This document shows positions 1 through 10,568 of a stretch of DNA of 64,000 nucleotides, one piece after another; within the stretch, counting starts at the first letter, position 1; every line of letters begins with the position of its first letter. Made by a program: the position numbers and the translations under genes. A model generated the notes under the pieces. That model was given only the letters and a program-made list of their open reading frames with translations, did no database searches and was not told the origin of the DNA. The DNA is from an uncultured delta proteobacterium (GTDB lineage Bacteria > Myxococcota_A > Polyangia > Polyangiales > B10-G4), in contig CAVSGI010000010.1 of NCBI GenBank assembly GCA_963727445.1, positions 960,001 to 1,024,000 of the forward strand. The letters are read 5' to 3'.

Positions 1-612
1 CCAATAGCCGCCCCCGTTGAAGATGATGCTGAGCATCGCGTGGTCGCCGAAGAGCGCTTCGAGGCCGAAGACGCCCCAGAAGCCACCGTCGTAACGCACG
101 ATTCGGCCGCCTGGCTGGTCGAGTGAATTGAAGCCGGTGCGAAGCTCGGGGCCGATGACGATCTTGAAGACCCGCGGCAAGGCGATGTCGACCAGGAGCG
201 CCACGTCACCGCCGCCGCTGATCGAGGGACCGAACTCGCCGATCAAGAAGTAGGGCGCCACGCGAATACCGAGGGCGGCCCGCCGGCCGTGAAGCGGTGT
301 CCAGCGAAGCGGCAGCCGTCCGGCGAAGCCGACCTCCTGACGGTCTCCGTCCCAAGCGGGGCGTCCGTAGGTGACGCCGAGGATCACGCCGATGTCGAAG
401 TTGGCGAGAATGCCGATGTGGAGGTTGAAGCTGCTCTCGGGCCAGCCGCTCGAGAAGCCCACCACCACCCCCGTCCGGTCGACGGTGTGCGCGCCGAAGA
501 GCGTGGGCGTACGGCCGGTGGGGTACTGCGCGTGCGCGGTGCTGCTGGGCGCGAGCGCGATCAGGAATGCCGCGAATGCGACGCCGGCGAGCCATGACGC
601 GATGGTGTTCAT
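1..612 (-). CDS. Secreted hypothetical protein, possibly outer-membrane beta-barrel-like; runs off the window edge
   Basis: Hand translation from ATG at 612 gives MNTIASWLAGVAFAAFLIALAPSSTAHAQ (signal peptide), then alternating hydrophobic/Gly beta-strand-like segments. Frame is open to position 1. Not in the ORF track. Confidence 0.6.
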   Translation of the reverse strand, partial: MNTIASWLAGVAFAAFLIALAPSSTAHAQYPTGRTPTLFGAHTVDRTGVVVGFSSGWPESSFNLHIGILANFDIGVILGVTYGRPAWDGDRQEVGFAGRLPLRWTPLHGRRAALGIRVAPYFLIGEFGPSISGGGDVALLVDIALPRVFKIVIGPELRTGFNSLDQPGGRIVRYDGGFWGVFGLEALFGDHAMLSIIFNGGGYW

Positions 613-653
613 CGGCGCGAAATCGCAGCACGGCGACCCAGCGCTGTAAAGCA

Positions 654-1985
654 TCAATGCGGTGGTGGAGCGTGTTCGAACTCTTCGTGCCGCGTGTGAT
701 GCTCGGTGAGGTCGGCCTCGAGCGCGCGCCCGGCAGGGACCGAAGTGCGCGCGATGAGGCGCGCGCCGCGACGGAAGGTGATGTAGTTCCACCCCCAGTT
801 GAGCAATACAGCCAGTCGGTTCCTGAAGCCGATCAGGAAGACGATGTGCACCACGAGCCAGGCGAGCCACGCGAGGTGCCCGGCGAGCTTCACATCACCG
901 CTCTGGGCCACCGCGCGGGAGCGCCCGATGGTGGCCATGATGCCCTTGTCACGATAGCGGAACTCGGGACGCTGCCCGGCGGGCGTGCGCCAGCGGATGA
1001 CCTCGGCGACGTGACGTCCCATCTGAATGGCGACCTGCGCGACACCTGGCAGCGGTTGCCCCTCTTCGTCTTCGAAGTAGGCCATGTCGCCGATGACGAA
1101 GACATCCGGCCGGCCGGGAAGCGAGCAGTCCCGCTCCACCGTGACGCGCCCGCTCTTCATCGGCGCGTCGAGCTTCGACGCCAGACTCACCGGAGTGACG
1201 CCGCTCGCCCAACACACCACCGATGCCCGTACCCGCTCCGAGTCGACTTCGATGTAGCCGGCACCGATATCGGTCACCTTCTTTCCCGTCCACACCTCCA
1301 CATCGAGATCGGAGAGCGCCGCCTCTGCCTCGCGCGACAGAGACGCATCGAAGGGGGTGAGGACCCGGTCGGCCATCTCGACCAGGATCACGCGGATGGC
1401 GTCGGGATCGACGAGACGAAAGTCGTCCCGGATCGTCTTGCGAGACAGCTCGCTGAGGGCTCCCGCCGTCTCCACCCCGGTCGGCCCTCCGCCGATGACC
1501 ACGAAGGTCAGGAGCTCCGCGCGGTAGTCGTCATCGGGCTCCCGCTCCGCTTCCTCGAAGGCCATCAGGATTCGCTCACGAAGGGTCAGCGCGTCGCGCA
1601 GCGACTTCAGCCCCACCGCGTGCTCGGCCCACTCGTCATGTCCGAACCACGAGGTTTTCGCGCCGGCGGCGACCACCAGGTAGTCGTAGGCGATCTCGCT
1701 CGCCGCTCCCGAGAACGACTTTCTTCGCCTCTTTGTCGACGTCCACCACTTCGCCCATCAACACCTGCGTGTGCGGGTCGTGCCGAAGCACAGCGCGAAT
1801 CGGAATGGTGATGTCTCCCGGCGAAAGCCCTGCCGTCGCCACCTGGTAGAGGAGCGGTTGAAAGAGGTGGTGGTTCTCCCGATCGATCAGAGTGACGCGT
1901 ACGTCCTTCACGCGGCCCAGCGCCCGCGCCACCGCGAGGCCGCCGAAGCCGCCACCCACAATCACCACGTGCTTTTCCCCTCCAT
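654..1985 (-). pseudogene. ndh: Type II NADH:quinone oxidoreductase (NAD(P)/FAD-dependent), frameshifted near 1700 and probably near 1975
   Basis: ORF 1636..1968 has VVIVGGGFGGL and HLFQPLLYQVAT. ORF 654..1676 has VIGGGPTGVE, VFVIGD, LPGVAQVAIQMG and ATIGRSRAV. The two halves are in different frames. Confidence 0.85.
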
Positions 1986-2086
1986 GCTCGGGACCCTAGG
2001 AGCGCGAGCGCCTGCCTGTCGAGGCCTTGAACGTCGCCCCCGTCGGCGATACAAGCCGGGCGTCCGCCAGCCCCGGGAGGTGACAC

Positions 2087-3268
2087 GTGATCCGCATCGG
2101 AACGCCGAACACGCAGACGGAAACCAAGATGCTCCTGCTCGGCTCCGGAGAGCTCGGCAAGGAGGTCGCCCTCGAGGCCCAACGGCTCGGCGTGACCGTG
2201 GTGGCGGTCGATCGCTATCCGAACGCCCCCGCGATGCAGGTCGCGCACCGCAGTCACGTCATCTCGATGACCGACGCAGACGCGCTCCGAACGGTCATCG
2301 AAGAAGAGAAGCCGGACTTCGTCGTACCGGAGATCGAAGCGATCGCCACGCCCACGCTGATCGAGCTCGAGAGGGACGGCTTCCACGTGGTGCCCACCGC
2401 GCGTGCGGCGCGCCTCACCATGGACCGCGAGGGGATCCGCCGTCTGGCCGCCGAAGAGTTGAGCCTCCGGACGTCGCCCTACCGCTTCGCGGCGACGCGC
2501 GAGGAGTACGACGCCGCCATCGCCGAGATCGGGACGCCCTGCGTGGTGAAGCCGATCATGAGCAGCTCCGGCAAGGGGCAGAGCACGGTGAAGAGCGCCG
2601 AGGACGCAGGCGCGGCCTGGACCGCCGCTCAGGAAGGCGCGCGTGGGGGCGCAGGCAAGGTGATCGTCGAAGGCTTCGTAGACTTCGATTACGAGATCAC
2701 CCTGCTCACCGTGCGTCACGTCGGCGGCACCAGCTTCTGCGAGCCCATCGGGCACCGTCAGGTCGGCGGCGACTATCACGAGAGCTGGCAGCCGCAGCCG
2801 ATGAGCCCCGCAGCGCGCGCCGAAGCCGAGCGCATGGCCAAGGCGGTGACCGACGACGTGGGCGGGCGCGGCATCTTCGGCGTCGAGATGTTCGTCAAAG
2901 GCGACGAGGTCTGGTTCAGCGAGGTCTCGCCTCGTCCCCACGACACCGGGATGGTGACGATGATCACCCAGGACCTGTCGGAGTTCGCCCTCCACGTGCG
3001 CGCGATCCTCGGCCTGCCCATTCCCTCCATCCGACTGCACGGCCCCGGGGCCTCCGCGGTGATCCTCGGTGAAGGGAGCTCCGACGCGCCGGCCTTCGAG
3101 ATCGACGAGGCGGCCCTCGAAACGCCCGACACCCAGCTCCGCCTGTTCGGCAAGCCTCAGGTGCACGGCCACCGGCGCCTCGGCGTGGCCCTCGCGCGCG
3201 GCAAGGACATCGAGACGGCGCGCGCGGTCGCGACCAAGGCGGCTCGCCACGTGAAGGTAGTGCTCTGA
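2087..3268 (+). CDS. purT: Formate-dependent phosphoribosylglycinamide formyltransferase (ATP-grasp)
   Basis: [51 protein letters not shown]...RRLGVALA. Confidence 0.96.
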   Translation: MIRIGTPNTQTETKMLLLGSGELGKEVALEAQRLGVTVVAVDRYPNAPAMQVAHRSHVISMTDADALRTVIEEEKPDFVVPEIEAIATPTLIELERDGFHVVPTARAARLTMDREGIRRLAAEELSLRTSPYRFAATREEYDAAIAEIGTPCVVKPIMSSSGKGQSTVKSAEDAGAAWTAAQEGARGGAGKVIVEGFVDFDYEITLLTVRHVGGTSFCEPIGHRQVGGDYHESWQPQPMSPAARAEAERMAKAVTDDVGGRGIFGVEMFVKGDEVWFSEVSPRPHDTGMVTMITQDLSEFALHVRAILGLPIPSIRLHGPGASAVILGEGSSDAPAFEIDEAALETPDTQLRLFGKPQVHGHRRLGVALARGKDIETARAVATKAARHVKVVL

Positions 3269-5718
3269 GCGTTCGCTCGAAGGGGAGGCTCACGGCAGTC
3301 GTCGGGATCGCTCTCGGCATCGCCGCGAGCCTTCCCGGCGATGAAGCGGCCGCCGACGGGCCAGAGCCCACGGCGGTGTACGTGGGCGTGTACCTGCACG
3401 ACATCACCTCCTTCGATCAAAAGAACGGCGTCTTCGATGCCGACTTCGAGCTCTGGGCCAAATGGCGCGGCGAGCTCGACTACGAGAAGCTCGAGATCAC
3501 CAACGCCGGCGGCGTCGATCGCACCTTCGTCGGTCTGGACGACGACCACGGCTGGAAGTCGGCGCGCTGGCGCGTGCGGGGAACGCTGCGGGGCGAGTTC
3601 CCGCTTCACGCGTTCCCTTTCGACGAGCAGACGATCGCGGTGATCCTCGAGCTGCCCTCGGACGCGGGCCGCCTGGTCCCCGACCTCGCGTCGTCGGGGA
3701 TGGCAGAGCGCTTCAGCCTCACCGACTGGCACTACAACCCCGAGTTCGATCCGGATGTGAGCGAAGAGGTCTTCCCCTCCGACCTCGGCAACCTCGCACA
3801 CGAGGGAAGGCCCACCGAGGTGCGCCGCGTGGCCTACCAGGTCCGCCTCACGCGCCCCATCGTGCCGGTGATCCTCAAGCTCTTCCTGCCACTCGGCATC
3901 ATCATGCTGGTGGCCCTGGCGTCGCTCTTCGTCGCACCCGACCAGATCGAGGCGCGCTCAGCGATGGGCGTCACAGCCCTTCTCAGCTGCTTCGCGTTCC
4001 AGTTCACCATCTCCGACTCGCTGCCGGCTGTCGCGTACCTCACCCTCGCCGACAGCCTCTTCATCCTCGCCTATGTCGTCAGCACCGTGACCGTGGTGGT
4101 GACGATCGTGAGCTACGGTCTCGCCCACAAGGGCATGCACCGAGCGGCGATCTGGACCGACCGGGTCACCCGGGTCGCGGTGCCCATCGCTGCCGCGCTC
4201 GCGATCTGGGCGAACGTGCCCGAGCCAATCCCGCCGCGCGTGGCGGCACCGGACCCGCTCCCCGAGCTGCCGCGCCACGCGAGCGCCCGCGACGAGCTGA
4301 AGATCGGCACCAACGTCCTGACCACTGTGACCAGCAGCATCAACAGCTGGGGGCTGATCCACGAGGACTCCGAGCTTGGTAAGCAGGTGATCTTCGTCGA
4401 GCGCGCGCCCGGGGTCGACAACGACGCCATCCGCTTCCTCGCCGGCGGCGAGATCGAGGTCACCTGGCGCATCCGCGAGGGCGTCGCCTGGTCCGACGGA
4501 ACCGAAGTGAGCGCAGACGACGTCCTCTTCGCCCTCGAGCTGAGCCCCGAGCCGCACATCGTCGAGTCGACCTCGCCCGACCCGCGCACGGTGGTGCTCC
4601 GCTGGGACGAGCGACTGGCGAGCGCCCTCGAAGCGCCGTGGCTCTTGCCGCGTCACGTCCTCGAAGAGATCGCGAATGCGCCGGGTGAAGACGGTGAGCC
4701 CGGCGGCTACGACGCGGTGCGCGACTATCGCCGAGAACATCCGGTTCCGGTGCTGGGACCGTACCGCGTGGTCTCCTTCGAGAAGGAAGGGCGCCTGGTC
4801 GCCGAAGCGAACCCACACTTCATCGGCCCGGCGCCGAACATCGTGCGCTACGAGGTGATCCACTACGCAGATCGCGAAGCGGTGCGCGCCGCTTTCGAAG
4901 CCGGCGAGGTGGACATCACCTACCCGAACTCGCTCACCGTGGAGGACGCGGTGGCGCTGCAGCAAGCGCGACCGGACGCGGTCAGCATCGAGCCCTCGGC
5001 GATCCTGGTCTTCCTACAGCCCGATCTCTCGCTGCCACTCTTCTCCACCATCGAGGCGCGCCGAGCGGTGCTGATGGCCATCGACCGACAGCGCATCACC
5101 GACGTCAGCTACCCCGCCGATGCCGGCCGCGTCGCACACATTCCGGTGCCGGGCGAGCTCCCCGAAGGGACCGAGATCACGCCCTACGATCCCGACGCCG
5201 CGCGCGAGAAGATCCAAGAGCTTGGTCACGCCGGCACCACCATCGAGCTGACGTACGTCGCCTCGCCCACCAGCGACGCGGGCATCGACGTGATCGCGGA
5301 GAACCTGGCGGCGGTCGGTATCACCGTCGAGCGCAACACCGTGAGCAGCACGCTCAGTCTCTGGCGGAGCGGCGATCACGGCGGCCTACTGATGCACGTG
5401 CTTCGCGCCAGCCGCGAGTCGTCTCCCCCTCGCTACTGGGGCGTGCCCCTCGTCGACGGAAACTCCGATCCGGATTTTCGCTCCTCGGCGTACACAGACG
5501 AGATCCACGGGCTCGTGGAGCGCGAGCGTCGCGCGCTCTACCCCGAACGCCGCGACCAGCTCCGGGAGACCCTGCTCTCGAAGGTGTCGCAGAACCTGCC
5601 CATGCTGCCGATCATGTTCGCGCCGGAGCGGATCGCCCACGACCCGGCGTTGAAGAATTGGCGCAACGACGCCGAGGACTCCTTCGCGAGCAGCATCGAG
5701 CAGTGGTATTTCGAGTGA
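3265..5718 (+). CDS. Pentameric ligand-gated ion channel (GLIC/ELIC-like ECD + 4 TM) fused to a C-terminal family-5 solute-binding protein
   Basis: Pro-loop [13 protein letters not shown]1 [15 protein letters not shown]2 [16 protein letters not shown]3 YLTLAD; M4; then the SBP5 signature [22 protein letters not shown] and [14 protein letters not shown]. The ORF track starts at GTG 3376; an in-frame CTG at 3265 adds a signal peptide. Confidence 0.85.
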   Translation: MSVRSKGRLTAVVGIALGIAASLPGDEAAADGPEPTAVYVGVYLHDITSFDQKNGVFDADFELWAKWRGELDYEKLEITNAGGVDRTFVGLDDDHGWKSARWRVRGTLRGEFPLHAFPFDEQTIAVILELPSDAGRLVPDLASSGMAERFSLTDWHYNPEFDPDVSEEVFPSDLGNLAHEGRPTEVRRVAYQVRLTRPIVPVILKLFLPLGIIMLVALASLFVAPDQIEARSAMGVTALLSCFAFQFTISDSLPAVAYLTLADSLFILAYVVSTVTVVVTIVSYGLAHKGMHRAAIWTDRVTRVAVPIAAALAIWANVPEPIPPRVAAPDPLPELPRHASARDELKIGTNVLTTVTSSINSWGLIHEDSELGKQVIFVERAPGVDNDAIRFLAGGEIEVTWRIREGVAWSDGTEVSADDVLFALELSPEPHIVESTSPDPRTVVLRWDERLASALEAPWLLPRHVLEEIANAPGEDGEPGGYDAVRDYRREHPVPVLGPYRVVSFEKEGRLVAEANPHFIGPAPNIVRYEVIHYADREAVRAAFEAGEVDITYPNSLTVEDAVALQQARPDAVSIEPSAILVFLQPDLSLPLFSTIEARRAVLMAIDRQRITDVSYPADAGRVAHIPVPGELPEGTEITPYDPDAAREKIQELGHAGTTIELTYVASPTSDAGIDVIAENLAAVGITVERNTVSSTLSLWRSGDHGGLLMHVLRASRESSPPRYWGVPLVDGNSDPDFRSSAYTDEIHGLVERERRALYPERRDQLRETLLSKVSQNLPMLPIMFAPERIAHDPALKNWRNDAEDSFASSIEQWYFE

Positions 5719-5900
5719 GCTCGGCTTCGAAGATCGAAGTCGGCCTCTGTCTGAACTGCAGATGGGCGAAGGTCGTCGAGAGCGGCAAGGGCTCGCGCTT
5801 CTATCTCTGCAGGCGCGCCGCCACCGACCCACGCTTCCGAAAGTATCCGCAGCTCCCCGTGCTCGTTTGCGACGGCTTCACTCGAGCCACAGACGGATGA
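5715..5900 (+). CDS. Small conserved-looking protein with four Cys (putative Zn-binding)
   Basis: GTG overlaps the upstream TGA (GTGA). Sequence includes GLCLNC...GSRFYLC...DPRFRKYPQLPVLVC. Confidence 0.65.
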   Translation: MSSASKIEVGLCLNCRWAKVVESGKGSRFYLCRRAATDPRFRKYPQLPVLVCDGFTRATDG

Positions 5901-7063
5901 CGCTCTCCTCGGCCGGGACGCCCACCCGCAAGGGGAAGCCGTAATGCCCGGTGCCCCTGTGGACGTAGAGGCGGTCGCGCCCGCGCGCCCAGAGCCCATG
6001 ATCGGGCATCGAGGTCAGACCGCTCACGAAGGTCCAGGCGAGCCCGAGGCTCACCAGACCGACCTGTCCGCCGTGGGTGTGGCCGCTGAAGACGATGTCG
6101 CCCTCGCCCTCGGGCAGGTGCTTGAAAGCGCCCGGGTCGTGTAGGAGCACCACGCGGAGATGGCCCGGGCGCCGCGGGAAGCGAGCGGTGAGAGCGCGCA
6201 AGTGCTCGGCGCGCCCGCGCCACGCGAAGTCAGAGCCGACGATCTGCACAGGCCCCGCCTCGGTCCGCACCACCGCCTCCTGATCGACGAGGAGCTCGAT
6301 CCCGTGCGCGCGGCAGGCGTCGCGCACGATGCCCGGGGCCTCGTGATCGTGGTTTCCAAAGCACGCGAAGACGCGCCCCGTCGCGGCCGCGAGCGGCGCG
6401 AGCGCCTCGTTCAGGTATCGCGGGTCAGCCTGCGACTCCATCGTCATGAAGTCTCCAGTGAGCAGGATCAGATCGGGGTCGCGCGCCACCGCCCGCTCGC
6501 AGAATCCTCCGAAGGCGGCCGACCGACATGAAGGGACCGAGATGAGGATCGGTGATCTGGACGACGCGCAGAGGACGTCCTTCGGAGGACGCCTCGCTTC
6601 GATGCTTCGGATGGCGGGTGACGGCTTCACTGGTCTCTTTCCGGTCGATCCGCAGGTCCACCTCTTCGAAGCTCATCCACATCGATTGCAGGACGCCGAC
6701 GCCGGCGATGGCGAAGGGAAGCCAGGTCGCGATGGGGTCGAAACCGAAGGCCGCCGCCACGGCCCAGGGGATGGCGAAGGTGGTGCCCGCGGCGAAGAAG
6801 CTCCCGGGCACGCTCACCACAAAGCGCCACCAGGTCGGACGCATCCGAGCCCAGATCAGCGATCCGAAGTGGAGAAAGACCGCCCCGTGCATCCAGGCGT
6901 AGACCGGCCAGACCCACGCCGCCTCGGTGAACAGGGCAGTGGCCGAGAGGCCCTCGATGCCGAGGATGATGGCCGCAAAGGTCGCGAAGAAGCGGCCGCG
7001 AAAGAGCCACGCCACCCCCACTACGAGCAGCCAACCGAGCCCGGTCGCGATCGAGAACGCCAT
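5878..7063 (-). pseudogene. Membrane-anchored calcineurin-like metallophosphoesterase (YkuE-like), frameshifted near 6510
   Basis: N-terminal TM helices and QITDPHLG lie in ORF 6425..7102. LTGDF, GNHD, LLHDP, SGHTHGGQ and YVHRGTG lie in ORF 5878..6630. Confidence 0.8.
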
Positions 7064-7149
7064 GGGGCCCCGAGATTGTGGTGTCCGAAGGCGCGACGGC
7101 AACCCGTCTTTTCTGGCCGCCGGCGCTCCGGTCGCGTAATGATCGGGGG

Positions 7150-7935
7150 GTGAGCGGTACCCCGGAGCTCGGTCTCTCGGTCTTACGCAAGGCGATCGAG
7201 GAGCGGAAGGACGAGGCTTTCGCCTCCAGCGTGATCTTCGAAGCGCTCTCGGAGCTCCCCGAGGGGCAGGACATCCCGAAGACCTTGGCGGCGCTCACCA
7301 TCTTCGTCGCGGGTCCGCTCGCCAAAGTGCTGCGCAAGCGCATGCCCGAGGGGCGGAGCGCGGAGATGATCGAGGCGGTCAAGGACGCCGTCGCCTCCGC
7401 AGCGATCGGGGTGCCGCAGGCCGCGCCGGTTCCGAAGGACCTCGCGGCCCCGAGCGCCGACTCCGACTGGCCCGAGGTGGTGATCGAAGAGCCGGCCGGT
7501 TCGACCCCTCCGGAAGGCGAGGAGCAGAAGCGGCCCACGCTCGTGATGGCAAGCGACGAGAGCATGGGCGACACGGTGAGGGTCATGGTGCTCTCCGGCA
7601 GCCCCCGCCTCGCGCAACAGATCAGACTCGCCTTCGGCGACCATCGCGTGACGGTGTCCTTCAGCAGTAGCTACGACGAGGTGACGGAGCGGCTCGAATC
7701 CTTCGCACCCGCGATCGTGATCGTCGACGGACAGAACGAGGCGGACATCCCTCCGGCCTCGGTCGGGGTGCTCCTCACCGCCACCGAAGCGCTCGTGCTG
7801 GTGTGGGCGAGCGACCAGCCGTTCGGAAGCGCGACCGTCCGCAAGCTCGAAGAGGAGGGCGCGACCTTCGCACCCATCCCCCGAAAGACCGGGGTCGAAA
7901 CGATGCTGGATTACGTGCGCGCTCGCTTTCCTTGA
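7150..7935 (+). CDS. Hypothetical protein with a C-terminal receiver-like (CheY-fold) domain
   Basis: RVMVLSG...PAIVIVDG...LVLVWAS beta/alpha pattern; typical GC3 codon bias. Confidence 0.5.
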   Translation: MSGTPELGLSVLRKAIEERKDEAFASSVIFEALSELPEGQDIPKTLAALTIFVAGPLAKVLRKRMPEGRSAEMIEAVKDAVASAAIGVPQAAPVPKDLAAPSADSDWPEVVIEEPAGSTPPEGEEQKRPTLVMASDESMGDTVRVMVLSGSPRLAQQIRLAFGDHRVTVSFSSSYDEVTERLESFAPAIVIVDGQNEADIPPASVGVLLTATEALVLVWASDQPFGSATVRKLEEEGATFAPIPRKTGVETMLDYVRARFP

Positions 7936-8056
7936 GTCCCGGTGTCGGCTTGACAACCCGTCCATATCGGACATTGAAAGATGCGCGGGAAGAGCAGTCC
8001 CTAACAAGCCCGCGTCCACGGACGGGACGGGTGTGTGAACCACATCCGGTGGAGAG

Positions 8057-8593
8057 ATGAGCGAAACGGGGGAAGAGGAGCGGCAGAAGCGCTGGGGAAA
8101 GCTGATCAGGCTCTCCACGGCTCGACGTCGTAAACCGAAGAAGACCAAGCGGGTCTCGCGTCCGGCCATTCTGGAGAGGCCGGAGGCCGCGGTGCGCGGC
8201 ATTCTGGCGACGCTCGAGGAGCGAACGGATCGTTTCCTCGCGTCCCGACATGCGGTCAGCCTCCCGGCGCCGGTGGCGGGTTTCGCGGCCCGGGCCGTGC
8301 TCGCTTTTTCGGCCTGCGCCGAGAAGGTGGGCGGCACCCCCTGGGGGAGCTTCGACGTCGGCACCTTCGCACACTGGCTCGGTAAGCGGGACAACCTTCA
8401 TCCGGCGGTCATCCCGGATCTCTTCCGGGCGTTCCGGAGCGTCTTCAGCTGGCTGGTGGTGGAAAAGGAGATCGATCCCGTCACCGCCGCGCAAATCGTC
8501 GAGGAGCTCGAGGCGCGGGAGGACGAGATCGTCCACGGCGTGATCGATCGGCACCTCGCCGCCGGCGCCAAGCCGGGCGCCCCCGTCGCCTGA
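8057..8593 (+). CDS. Hypothetical protein
   Basis: ATG with GGAGAG RBS; balanced composition; no recognised motif. Confidence 0.55.
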   Translation: MSETGEEERQKRWGKLIRLSTARRRKPKKTKRVSRPAILERPEAAVRGILATLEERTDRFLASRHAVSLPAPVAGFAARAVLAFSACAEKVGGTPWGSFDVGTFAHWLGKRDNLHPAVIPDLFRAFRSVFSWLVVEKEIDPVTAAQIVEELEAREDEIVHGVIDRHLAAGAKPGAPVA

Positions 8594-8660
8594 AGCGGGC
8601 GTGACGCAACGGCTCGACGCTCGCTTGCGGTGGTGCGCGCCGCGGCTAGAAGAGGATCGA

Positions 8661-9053
8661 ATGGACAACGAGTCCGAAGACCCGGATCGCGTCTGGCAAC
8701 GGAAGGTCCTCTACTACCAAAAGACGCGCACCGATCTCGCCAACGAGCGCAAGTACGTCAGCTGGTTGGGCGTGAGCATCGCGCTCGTCTCCCTCGGCTT
8801 CGTCGTCGAACGACTCGATCTCTTCCTCAAACCGGTCAGCGGTCACACGGCCGACGCTCCGGGCGCACTACCGTGGGCTCCGCGGATCATCTTCGCCCTC
8901 GGTTGCCTCACGATCGTGACCGCCACCTGGGAGTTCTTCGCCGATCGCCGGCGGTTCGCGGCCGAGACGCCGCGGGGCTCGCGCATCGTAGTCGGGCTGA
9001 TGATGATCATCGCCGTGACCATCGTGACGATCGCCGCCCTCTTGCCCCGCTGA
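8661..9053 (+). CDS. DUF202 (YidH-like) membrane protein
   Basis: RTDLANERKYVSWLGVSIALVSLGF plus 3 TM segments; GAGG RBS. Confidence 0.8.
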   Translation: MDNESEDPDRVWQRKVLYYQKTRTDLANERKYVSWLGVSIALVSLGFVVERLDLFLKPVSGHTADAPGALPWAPRIIFALGCLTIVTATWEFFADRRRFAAETPRGSRIVVGLMMIIAVTIVTIAALLPR

Positions 9054-9123
9054 CGACGCTCCGCCGCGGCCGGCCGTCACCGAGGCTCGCCGAGCCCGGT
9101 GACGACCGTCGACGGAAGTGCGC

Positions 9124-9552
9124 TCAGGCGTGTGCCGAGGTCGTGCGCCCCTTGCTCTTCGACGTCATGTGCTGGAGGGCGCGATTCACCTCGCCTCGAA
9201 ACTGTTCGAGATCCGTTTGGGCGCCGGTGAGCGTGTTCGAGAAGAACACCGTCATGCCGGCCATCGCCGCCGCCTCGCGCATCTGCTCCTCGGTGGCGCC
9301 GAAGGCGCGCGCGGCCTCGGTGTGAAAGTGGATGCAGTAGGGGCACTTGATGTGGCTCGCGACCGCGATACCGATGAGCTCCTTGGTCTTGTTGTCCAGC
9401 TTCGTCTCGGACAGCTCGAAATCCCGCTGAATGCCCCATGCGCTCGCCTGGGCACACTCCGGTATGGCCTCGTAGAACTTCGGAACGAAGCCGAAGGTCG
9501 CCTTCATTTCTTCCCGCGCCTGCTTACGTGCGTTTCCATTCTTGGATCCCAT
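9124..9552 (-). CDS. Carboxymuconolactone decarboxylase / AhpD-like protein
   Basis: LDNKTKELIGIAVAS..KCPYCIHFH...GATEEQMREA. Confidence 0.88.
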   Translation of the reverse strand: MGSKNGNARKQAREEMKATFGFVPKFYEAIPECAQASAWGIQRDFELSETKLDNKTKELIGIAVASHIKCPYCIHFHTEAARAFGATEEQMREAAAMAGMTVFFSNTLTGAQTDLEQFRGEVNRALQHMTSKSKGRTTSAHA

Positions 9553-9664
9553 TCTCTGCCTCCTCGTCGTGACTCGTGTTCACGACAGCGCCGCCCCTAA
9601 CGCCGGGCGGATTCGAGACAAGGGGTGGCGCGGAGGCAATCCGCGCCTGTGGGGATGCGAGCGG

Positions 9665-10420
9665 CTACGACCCGTCGGGTATCGGGAAGCGTCGCACCGT
9701 GAGCAGATGCCACGCGGCGCCGAGGGGCGATTTCGGCAGGGTCGCGAAGTAGCGCATCGCGGAGGGAAGCGCGCCGAAGGTCTTCTCGATCTCGCGCAGA
9801 TGCGGATCGTTCTGGACGTTGTCCCGCAGCATCGTGTCCTGGGTCGTGCGCGCGCGGTAAGCGCGCACGTGCTCGAGGAGCCGGGCGTGGTAGTCCGGCT
9901 CCTCCACGATGGCGCCGATGGAGCGCGCACGCGGATGCGTCCCGTCGAGCATCTGCTCGATCTGTGACTCGAGGGCGTCGAGGCCGCCCTCGTGCGACTC
10001 CAGGAGCTGCAGGTCGTAGATCGGGTTCGCATGGACCACCTGCATCAGATGTCCGATGATGTTGTCCCGCGTGCTGAGGAAGCCCACCGGATCGATCATC
10101 GAGGCGGGCTCGTCGAGGATGCGCAGGATCTGATGAAAGCCGTAGCCGATCCCGCGCGAGGCGTAGTAGTCGGCGGCAGCTGGGCTGATCCAGAAGCGGA
10201 GCATGTCGATCGAGCCGACGATGAGCTGGATCCGGCTGGGCGGCGTCTCGATGTGGCCCAGCTCCGAGAGGCGCGCGAGGCGCGCGTCGAGTGCCGGGCC
10301 GTTCGCGTAGGCGCCGATGGCCCTGGCCAAACGCCACACCTTGTCCCGCATCTCGCGCGGCGATCCCGCGGCGTCGCGGAGCAGGGTGAGGGCGGGCTTG
10401 GTGAGGCGCGAGGTAGCCAC
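9665..10420 (-). CDS. Hypothetical protein
   Basis: 251-aa ORF with coding-like codon use; no recognised motif. Confidence 0.65.
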   Translation of the reverse strand: MATSRLTKPALTLLRDAAGSPREMRDKVWRLARAIGAYANGPALDARLARLSELGHIETPPSRIQLIVGSIDMLRFWISPAAADYYASRGIGYGFHQILRILDEPASMIDPVGFLSTRDNIIGHLMQVVHANPIYDLQLLESHEGGLDALESQIEQMLDGTHPRARSIGAIVEEPDYHARLLEHVRAYRARTTQDTMLRDNVQNDPHLREIEKTFGALPSAMRYFATLPKSPLGAAWHLLTVRRFPIPDGS

Positions 10421-10568
10421 CGGTCGATGCTACCGCGCGCAATCGACGTACACCGAGTGGAGACTCGTCGCCCCGTGATCTGGCCAAGGGAGGCGCCACC
10501 ACGAACCGTGCACGCGGTGATTTCGCCGTCCAACGCGTTGGGCACCACCCTTGCACAGGGCCGCCTTC

